A DNA stretch of 64,000 bases from assembly GCA_965206445.1 (NCBI GenBank), contig CBDBJR010000002.1:1065422-1129421 (forward strand), in the 5' to 3' direction. Origin of the DNA: Candidatus Poriferihabitaceae bacterium (lineage in GTDB: Bacteria; Pseudomonadota; Gammaproteobacteria; Arenicellales; Poriferihabitantaceae). Shown here piece after piece: positions 28,990 to 36,105 of this stretch (the stretch's first letter is position 1; each line of letters starts with the position of its first letter). The notes beneath the pieces are model-generated. The model was given only the letters and a program-made list of their open reading frames with translations, searched no databases and was not told where the DNA came from. The position numbers and the translations under genes are program-made.

Positions 28990-30561
28990 TTATATGTTGC
29001 CGCGTGACACTTGTTTAGCAATGTAATCCGCTTGCCGCAACGCCAACGCCATGATTGTGAGAGTTGGATTTTCCGCGCCGCCGGTCGTAAATACACTGCC
29101 ATCCGAGACGAACAGATTGGATATATCGTGCGCCTGCCCCCACTGGTTTACTACGCCATCACCAGACTTTTTGCTCATGCGATTAGTGCCGAGATTGTGC
29201 GTGGATGGATACGGCGGGGTTGGCAAAGTTCGCGTTGCACCAACGGCATCATACACCGCTGAACCTTGCCGATATGCATGATTGCGCATTGCAATGTCGT
29301 TTGCGTGATCATCAAAATTAACATTCGGCACCGGCAAACCATACTGATCTTTCTCGGTTTTATGCAAACTGATGCGGTTGCGCTCTTGTGGCATGTCTTC
29401 ACCAACCAGCCACATACCGGCCATGTTCTCGTATGAATCCATAGCCGAAGCGAACTCACGACCCCAGGCCCCAGGATCGAGAAACGCAGCCATAAATGGA
29501 ATCCCCAATGACAAAGTTTCCATTTCATAACCGCCAACAAAACCGCGCGACGGATCATGCCTGGCTTCGTCTTGAATGATGCCGGCCATGGTGGTGCCAC
29601 GATACATGTTAACCGGCTGGTCGAAAACCCCATAGACCGAACCGGTCATGTGTCGCATGTAGTTTTTGCCGACCATGCCGGATGAGTTTGCCAATCCATC
29701 CGGGAACATGTTGGAAGCGGAATTTAGTAACAAACGCGGACTTTCGATTGAGTTGCCAGCAACGCAAACTGCGCGCGCTTTCTGCATGTGCATGTTGCCG
29801 TCTTCGTCGGCATATAAAACGCCGGTTGCTTTTCCCTTGCTGTCATGCTCGATTTTCAGAACTTGCGAATTTGGGCGCACTTCAAGGTTGCCCGTTTTTT
29901 CACCTTTGGGAATTTCGGCAACCAAGGTACTCCACTTTGCGCCGGTTTTGCATCCTTGAAAACAAAAACCAAGTTGTTGACAAGGGGCTCGACCGTCGCG
30001 CGTTTCTGAATTAATCGCCATGCGCCCGGTGTGACACTGCTTGTAGCCAAGCAAGTCAGCACCTTTCTTCATGACCTTGAAATTGTTGTTGCCGGGCAAG
30101 CCGGGAATCCCATTCGTGCGGGTTACACCCATACGGTCTTCCGCTTTGTCGTACCACGGTTCCAATTCTTTTAGCGTGACTGGCCAATCCAGTAAATTCG
30201 CCCCGGCAATTTCGCCGTAGTGGGTTTTGGATCTGAATTCGTGGTCTTGCAATCGCAGGCTGGCACCCGCCCAATGCACTGTAGAACCGCCGACTGCTTT
30301 TACAATCCACGCCGGTAATCCGGAAAAATCGCGTGATACGCGCCACCTTCCGGAAGTTGTGCGTTTGTCCAGCCAGGATATTTGTGAGAAACTTCCCCAC
30401 TCATCATTCTGGAAGTCCGCTGTTTCATGGCGCCCGCCCGCTTCTAAAATCACGGCCTTGACACCTTGCATAGCCAGTTCAGCACCCACCGTTCCACCAC
30501 CTGCGCCGGAACCGACCACTACCACGACCTTATCGTCGTTCAAATTGAATTTTGTGTTCAT
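28990..30561 (-). CDS. GMC-family FAD-dependent oxidoreductase (large subunit of a gluconate-2-dehydrogenase-like flavoprotein)
   Basis: 523 aa. VVVVGSGAGGGTVGAELA is the ADP-binding motif. GMC-like C-terminal domain. Preceded by a Tat-signal small subunit gene. Confidence 0.85.
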   Translation of the reverse strand: MNTKFNLNDDKVVVVVGSGAGGGTVGAELAMQGVKAVILEAGGRHETADFQNDEWGSFSQISWLDKRTTSGRWRVSRDFSGLPAWIVKAVGGSTVHWAGASLRLQDHEFRSKTHYGEIAGANLLDWPVTLKELEPWYDKAEDRMGVTRTNGIPGLPGNNNFKVMKKGADLLGYKQCHTGRMAINSETRDGRAPCQQLGFCFQGCKTGAKWSTLVAEIPKGEKTGNLEVRPNSQVLKIEHDSKGKATGVLYADEDGNMHMQKARAVCVAGNSIESPRLLLNSASNMFPDGLANSSGMVGKNYMRHMTGSVYGVFDQPVNMYRGTTMAGIIQDEARHDPSRGFVGGYEMETLSLGIPFMAAFLDPGAWGREFASAMDSYENMAGMWLVGEDMPQERNRISLHKTEKDQYGLPVPNVNFDDHANDIAMRNHAYRQGSAVYDAVGATRTLPTPPYPSTHNLGTNRMSKKSGDGVVNQWGQAHDISNLFVSDGSVFTTGGAENPTLTIMALALRQADYIAKQVSRGNI

Positions 30562-30575
30562 TGTGTTGTCCTCGC

Positions 30576-31127
30576 TTATAACCAGTCGATGTCATTAAAA
30601 CCGCGGCGAATGTATCCGCCTTTGGATGCGGATTCGCCCTCGTAGCCAAAAATCGGCCATGCGTCCTGGTTGTTGTAGATTCCTGTTACCAGAGTGGATC
30701 GCAATTTCTGGAAAAATGCATCACTTTGCATGGCGCGCAGAATGTCTACGCGCTGTATTTCCCAACCCACATCAAGATAATCCACATCGTGCGATTTTTG
30801 CGCCGCTTGATTAAGGGCGGATACGCCGCCTTCCAGCAAACTTTTTACACCATCATCATTCACAGCATCGGCATCAAAACCTTCTACGACTTTCGCATAA
30901 AAGGAATCGGCAAGTTGGTCATGCGGATATATATCACGACACGCTTGCACGAGAGTTGCGAACGATTCTGGCTTAAGCGATTTGGCGGTGGCTGACCACG
31001 CGCTTTGTGCGCCGATAATCATGCCGGAGGGCAGCACCGACATTGCTATTAATGCACCTCCATCAGTCAGCACCTTGCGGCGCCCGCTATCGAAATTGTG
31101 ACTACCATTAAGTCGTGTTGGTTTCAT
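30576..31127 (-). CDS. Gluconate 2-dehydrogenase subunit 3-family protein (Tat-signal small subunit)
   Basis: MKPTRLNGSHNFDSGRRKVLTDGGALIAMSVLP... ATG at 31127 is preceded by GGAG. Paired with the GMC flavoprotein. Confidence 0.7.
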   Translation of the reverse strand: MKPTRLNGSHNFDSGRRKVLTDGGALIAMSVLPSGMIIGAQSAWSATAKSLKPESFATLVQACRDIYPHDQLADSFYAKVVEGFDADAVNDDGVKSLLEGGVSALNQAAQKSHDVDYLDVGWEIQRVDILRAMQSDAFFQKLRSTLVTGIYNNQDAWPIFGYEGESASKGGYIRRGFNDIDWL

Positions 31128-31189
31128 GTTGTACTCCGTTAAGAAAGTGGATTTTACATAAGATATTTGCATTGCAAGTAAACGACCGT

Positions 31190-31585
31190 TTAGACATAAC
31201 GACCGTGACTCTGCAACACCTCAATTTTATAGCCGTCAGGATCTTGTATAAAGAAAAATCTGGCCATTAATTCCCCGTCACGATGGAATTCCTTTACATC
31301 CGTTGGATGCATACCCTCACCAACAAGGCGCGCATGCTCGCTATCAACATCGGCAACGCAGACCGCCAGGTGGCCGTACCCACTGCCGTGCGTATAGGGT
31401 TCTTGCTGGTTGTGATTAATAGTCAGTTCAATTTCAAAATCGTTCTCTTCGTTTTTCAGATACACCAAAGTGAACCCGTCAAACTCAAACCGACTTTTCA
31501 CCCCAAGATTGAATGCCTTAAGGTAAAAGTCCACTGACTTATTTTCGTCAAAGACGCGGATCATCGAATGAATTGCTTTTGCCAT
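31190..31585 (-). CDS. Glyoxalase I / VOC-family lyase (lactoylglutathione lyase-like)
   Basis: 131 aa. HSMIRVFDENKSVDFYLKAFNLG...GYGHLAVCVADVD...FIQDPDGYKIEVLQ is the typical GloA pattern. Confidence 0.8.
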   Translation of the reverse strand: MAKAIHSMIRVFDENKSVDFYLKAFNLGVKSRFEFDGFTLVYLKNEENDFEIELTINHNQQEPYTHGSGYGHLAVCVADVDSEHARLVGEGMHPTDVKEFHRDGELMARFFFIQDPDGYKIEVLQSHGRYV

Positions 31586-31900
31586 GGTTTTCTCGCGGTT
31601 GGTCGTTATAAATTGCTATCTTGTTAATGCAGCCGAATAATCGGGTTGTATGCATATAAAAAAATCTGCACGCGCACATTGAATGTCAAAAAATCCGCTT
31701 TTTGCAAGCGATTTGCAAGGTTTTTTGCAGCAGTATTGAATAATAATTGGCAAATTTACGCTTTTTTGCCAAATACCCCAAAAACCACCCCCAACCCCAC
31801 CATCAAAAACACAAAAAAGCGGCGGAGACTTTCGCCCTCGCCGCCATTTTATAACCCGTGATGTAGATAATCTCAAACCGAAACGGGTTGCTGGTGGGAA

Positions 31901-32075
31901 ATTTGCCGCAAGCAGGGCCGCGCGGTGCGGGTAATCGGTGCGTTTGAATTGGTCGCGGAGCGTATCGGCCGGGACGTAAAATAAGCCCCCACTGGTGTCG
32001 AGTAGCCCCTGCCTCGGCCTGTAAACCCCGCTATAACGCGGCTTCCGGCAACTGGTTGATTGCCAAAGGTGCCGG
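31901..32075 (+). repeat. Direct repeat copy B (5'-truncated LysR tail + IS right-end fragment)
   Basis: See copy A. The LysR part here is only the last ~85 bp of the gene (…ICRKQGRAVRVIGAFELVAERIGRDVK*). Confidence 0.85.
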
Positions 32076-32084
32076 AGCTATACA
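31998..32084 (+). mobile_element. IS right-end fragment retaining the terminus (...GCCAAAGGTGCCGGAGCTATACA)
   Basis: Same alignment as 27750-27826, but it continues to a ...CTATACA end like the ...CCATACA / ...TTATACA ends of the other copies. Confidence 0.6.
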
Positions 32085-32168
32085 ACGCTTCTTAAAAGCG
32101 AGTTTTGTCATCCACAACCTGCCTCCGCAGTCTGTAAGCGGGGGCGGGTTAGTACCGCGTTTTACTGG

Positions 32169-32188
32169 ATTCCCGCTTGCGCGGGAAT
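32169..32188. repeat. REP-like palindromic element ATTCCCGC-TTGC-GCGGGAAT (followed by GACGG)
   Basis: Perfect 8-bp stem with a 4-nt loop. The GCGGGAATGACG-type motif is a common intergenic palindrome in proteobacteria. Confidence 0.5.
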
Positions 32189-32477
32189 GACGGTTCTATT
32201 TCATACCCATCCCACCACCGTTTCCGCGCGGCACGCTGCTGCTTGACGAATACAACAGCAATACCGGCAAGCGCATCACTTATCCGTACCCTGCGTGGAG
32301 TGATACCGATTATCGGCATCGATAATCGGCATTGCCGGGCGTAAAGTGCAGGCAGGCGGATTGACAGGGCAGGGCAGAATTGCCCCCGGCAAATGCGGTA
32401 TATTCAGGGTGCCCGGCTTGCAACCCGGGCGGGGTACGGGCTGTCCGGGGCGGAGCGCAACCGCCATCGATAACGCG

Positions 32478-33322
32478 CACAGCGGGGAGAACAGGCAGTG
32501 ACACAACCGGCACAACAGGCACCGCAAACGCGGGCATCGCGCCCCGCGTGCGCCGCCTCGCCGGCCGCCGGCAGTTATGACGTGGTGCTCGTGGGCGGGG
32601 CGATCATGGGCGCATCGACGGCGTGGTTCCTTACCGACAACCCCGATTTCGACGGCTCGGTGCTGGTGATAGAGCGCGACCCGAGTTACGAGAAGTGTTC
32701 GACGGCGCACACCAACAGCTGCATGCGACAACAGTTTTCGACCGAACTGAATGTGCGCATCTCGCAGTTCGCCGCCGACTTCGTCAACCACCTGCGGCGT
32801 TACATGGGCGGCGACCGCCGCGTGCCCGAGCTGGCGATTCGCAGTTTTGGGTATATGTACCTCGCGGATTCGCCGGACTTCGCCGCGGTGCTGCGCGCGA
32901 ATCAGCAAGTGCAGCGGGCGGCCGGCGCGGCCACGCAATTAATGACGCCGGACGAGATCAAGCGCAACTACCCGTTCTACAACGTCGACGACATTGTGCT
33001 GGGCTCGATCAACCTGGTGAACGAAGGCCTCTGGGACGGTACCGCGGTATTCGATTGGTGGCGCCGCTCGTCAAGCGAGCGCGGGGTGGAATACATCGCC
33101 AACGAAGTGGTGGCGATGACGAAAAATGCCGCCGGCACGCGGGTCGAAAGCGTCACGCTGGCCACGGGTGAGGTGATCGCGTGTGGGCAGGTGGTCAACA
33201 CCTCCGGGCCGCGCGCCGCGCGCACCGTAGGCATGGCCGGCATCACCGTGCCGGTGGAGCCGCGCAAACGTTTTTCCTGGGTGTTTTCCGCCGAGCGGCC
33301 GCTGGACCGCGACTTGCCGCTG
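32478..33322 (+). repeat. 845-bp duplication, copy 1
   Basis: Collinear with 41690-42534 (offset 9212, no indels, about 7 mismatches by eye). Confidence 0.9.
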
Positions 33323-33361
33323 TCATTGCGAAAATTCCAATCGCTGGAATTCGCATTATAA
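32498..33361 (+). pseudogene. 3'-truncated duplicate of the FAD-dependent oxidoreductase gene (first 275 codons + 12 foreign codons)
   Basis: Same N-terminus as 41710-42969 (VTQPAQQ...SYDVVLVGGAIMGASTAWFL). Homology stops after ...DRDLPL, and the tail SLRKFQSLEFAL* is unrelated. Confidence 0.8.
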
Positions 33362-33421
33362 CGCAGGGCGGGGCAAGCGACTCGCCCCGCCAAATTCGTC
33401 CGTCCTTTTATTTTGCCGACG

Positions 33422-35083
33422 CTATGCGGCTTGCGCCGCCTCTTTCATTGGAGGCGGAATAGCGGCGACAGCGGAAGAATCCTCCCGCAGCGATTTAATC
33501 ACGCCCCAAGTTATCAGCAGCAGAATAATGCTGACCGGAAAAGCGGCGGCAATGGATGCCGTCTGCAACGCTCCGAGTCCGCCGGCAACCAGCAGCACGG
33601 CGGCGACGAGTCCTTCGCCCAATCCCCACATGATGCGGAATTTCTGCGGCGGGTTGTCGTTGCCCATGCTGAGCATCGTGGTTATCACCAGCGTGCCGGA
33701 GTCGGACGAAGTGATGAACCATGTGGATATGAGGAATGTCGCCAATGCCGCAATCGCCCAAGTCGCCCAGCCGAAATTCATCGCTCCTATCGTTGTGTAG
33801 AGGGCGGTGGATATATCCTCGTTGACCGCGCCGATGATGTCAGTGTCGGTCTGGAACAGCGAGAGCAGGGCGGATTGTCCGGCGCCGGCCACGACGGTCG
33901 GCCCCTCGCTGAATAATTCCAAATGCAATGCGCTGCCGCCGAAAATCGCCAGCCAGAAAAAAGCGATGGAAGTCGGCACGAACATCACCCCGACCATAAA
34001 TTCCCGAATCGTCCGGCCACGTGAAATTCGGGCGATGAACATTCCGACGAAAGGCGCCCACGAAATCCACCAGCCCCAATAAAAGATTGTCCATGCGCCC
34101 TGCCACGCCGACGATTTTTCGCCGCCCGCCGTCCAGAATCCCATCGGCACGACATTCCACAGATAGTCGCCGACAGTGGTGATGAAAAACCCAAGCAGCC
34201 ATTTTGTCGGTCCGATCAGCAAAAACGCCCCGACCAAAATTATGCTGAGATAAATGTTCCATTCGCTGATGATGCGGATTCCCTTGCCGACGCCGGAAAC
34301 CGCCGACAGAGTCGCCACCGCCGAAATGACAGCAATAAGAATAACCTGCGTCATCACCGTATTGTCGATATCAAACAGATATTTCAGCCCGGCTCCCATC
34401 TGGCTCACGCCGAGCCCCAGCGAGGTGGCGACGCCGAACACCGTGCCGAAAACAGCCAGCAAATCGACGGCGTTACCGATTGGCCCGTAGATTTTGTCGC
34501 CGATAATCGGATGCAGGGCGCTGCGCAAAGTCAGCGGCAATTTTTTCCGAAAGCCGAAATACGCCAAGCACAGCCCGACCATCACATAAACCGCCCAGCC
34601 GTGGAATCCCCAATGGAAATAAGTCACGCGCATGGCGATGATGGCGGCGGATTCCGACTGCGGAGCAACGCCCGCTTGGTCTTGAAACGGATTCCCTTGA
34701 AAATGGTAAATCGGCTCGGCGATGGACCAGAACAGCAAACCGATTCCAACGCCGGCCGAAAACAGCATCGAAAACCACGAAAAATTTGAAAATTCGGGGC
34801 GCGAGTCGTCGTCGCCGAGACGAATGCTGCCGAAGCGGCTGAACATCAAGTACAGCGTGGCGAAAAACACCACCGACACGGTGGAAATGTAATACCAGTT
34901 GAGCGTCGATTCCAGCCAGCCGCGCACGGCGCCGTAAATGGAATTGGCGAACTCCACATTGAGTATCGTGAAAATCACGAACGCCGCCACAATGCCTTTG
35001 GCGGCGAGTGCCATGCCGGGATGCAGGCCGTTCCAAAATCCGGCGGTTGCCACGCCGATGCGCGGCTGAGGGGTGCTATTCAT
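33422..35083 (-). CDS. BCCT-family (betaine/carnitine/choline) transporter
   Basis: 553 aa from the ATG at 35083, which is preceded by GGAGG (MNSTPQPRIGVATAGFWNGLHPGMALAAKG...). Contains the Trp-rich BCCT-type block WTIFYWGWWISWAPFVGMFIARISRGRTIREF. Confidence 0.9.
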   Translation of the reverse strand: MNSTPQPRIGVATAGFWNGLHPGMALAAKGIVAAFVIFTILNVEFANSIYGAVRGWLESTLNWYYISTVSVVFFATLYLMFSRFGSIRLGDDDSRPEFSNFSWFSMLFSAGVGIGLLFWSIAEPIYHFQGNPFQDQAGVAPQSESAAIIAMRVTYFHWGFHGWAVYVMVGLCLAYFGFRKKLPLTLRSALHPIIGDKIYGPIGNAVDLLAVFGTVFGVATSLGLGVSQMGAGLKYLFDIDNTVMTQVILIAVISAVATLSAVSGVGKGIRIISEWNIYLSIILVGAFLLIGPTKWLLGFFITTVGDYLWNVVPMGFWTAGGEKSSAWQGAWTIFYWGWWISWAPFVGMFIARISRGRTIREFMVGVMFVPTSIAFFWLAIFGGSALHLELFSEGPTVVAGAGQSALLSLFQTDTDIIGAVNEDISTALYTTIGAMNFGWATWAIAALATFLISTWFITSSDSGTLVITTMLSMGNDNPPQKFRIMWGLGEGLVAAVLLVAGGLGALQTASIAAAFPVSIILLLITWGVIKSLREDSSAVAAIPPPMKEAAQAA

Positions 35084-35175
35084 GGTTGTGCCTCCGTTTT
35101 TTATTAGCGAAGTTGAATTATTACCATAATTCTCCCCGCTGTCAAATAACCGGACGGGGAAATTTGAGGGAGAAA

Positions 35176-35673
35176 TTAAATGTTGAGGATGATTTTTACA
35201 TCGTCCGGAAAGTATCGCTTTTCTAAATTGTCGCCCGGGCCAATGCGGTCGGCGACTAAAAAGTCGCCTCCCGAATCCAATGCAATCAGCGGATAATGCC
35301 ATATACCACGACGAAAATTTATTCCGCGCCCCGGCTCAACAATAAACGCCCGCAGCGATTCCGCCAAAATTTCATCGCCAAGCGGCGCGACCACAACCGC
35401 GAATCTTCCCGCCGTCATCGGCACAAACGCCTGCGAACCCAAGGGATGGCGCTCCAGCATTTCAATTCGCAGCGGCAATTTTCGGGCGGCGGCGCGAAAA
35501 ATGCTTAGTGCGGCAACGCCGTCTTTCGCCGCTTCCACGCGGGCGAGGTCGTTGAATCGCCATGCAGTGCCGTCATTAACGGAAAAATGCGGGCGTCCGT
35601 CGGCTTCTATGACATCGCCGAAAGGCGCGAAAGATTCGCTCGTGAGAGGCAGCGGCGACAGCGAAATTTTCAT
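35176..35673 (-). CDS. allA: Ureidoglycolate lyase-family protein
   Basis: 165 aa. LTSESFAPFGDVIE...LERHPLGSQAFVPM...RGIWHYPLIAL matches the AllA/ureidoglycolate hydrolase family. Confidence 0.75.
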   Translation of the reverse strand: MKISLSPLPLTSESFAPFGDVIEADGRPHFSVNDGTAWRFNDLARVEAAKDGVAALSIFRAAARKLPLRIEMLERHPLGSQAFVPMTAGRFAVVVAPLGDEILAESLRAFIVEPGRGINFRRGIWHYPLIALDSGGDFLVADRIGPGDNLEKRYFPDDVKIILNI

Positions 35674-35699
35674 TTTTCACGCCGACCCGGCCCCGCTAC

Positions 35700-35942
35700 G
35701 CCCCGCCCCGGCCCGTACCGCCCCATTGGTCGCCGCGCCCCGGTGCCGCACGCGCAAAATCCGCAGACTCAAACACCACCGCCCGCCACCGCTGTTCCCC
35801 AGCCTGGCCCTGTTCAACCGGAAAATGGCCGCGTGGCTGGTGCCTGTAACACGCCATTCTCCACCATAGCCTCGGTCTGCAACCCCCGCCACAATGCCGC
35901 TTTCAGCAACTGCCTGATTGCCAAAGTCGCCGGGCCTGCATA
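35700..35942 (+). mobile_element. 5'-truncated, internally deleted derivative of the IS (no DDE core), right terminus retained
   Basis: Reads ...PAPARTAPLVAAPRCRTRKIRRLKHHRPPPL|FPSLALFNRKMAAWLV.. and then, frameshifted, HSLGLQPPPQCRFQQLPDCQ. Compare the intact ...HAPARISPTGRLKPLLRTRKTRKPKHYRSPPL[~117 codons]LFTDLALFNRKMAAWLVEYNTVIPHHSLGLQTPIQFGFQQLPQCQ. Confidence 0.75.
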
Positions 35943-35948
35943 TTTTGC

Positions 35949-35978
35949 TTGACTTTGTCTGCAACCAAACGATAGTAT
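35949..35978 (+). promoter_or_regulatory. Candidate sigma70 promoter for the adhesin gene (TTGACT-N18-TAGTAT), starting 6 nt after the IS remnant terminus
   Basis: Hexamers read directly from the sequence. It lies 128 nt upstream of ATG 36106. The same TGCTTGAC...TAGTATG arrangement recurs at 50147-50178. Confidence 0.35.
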
Positions 35979-36105
35979 GCGAGCGCCTGAGCTTCCCACG
36001 CAATCATGCTATGCAGGGCTAACCGCCTTCCAGTCAGGCAATACACTGAGTGGAAAACAGCATGGCGGGAAGAAATTTAAATCGCAATCACACATTAATT
36101 GAGGA

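Noticed and set aside
31873-32085. 70-aa minus-strand ORF and the apparent extra regulator-like peptide in this interval.
   Set aside because: It is the reverse reading of direct-repeat copy B (LysR tail + IS end). It is not an independent gene.
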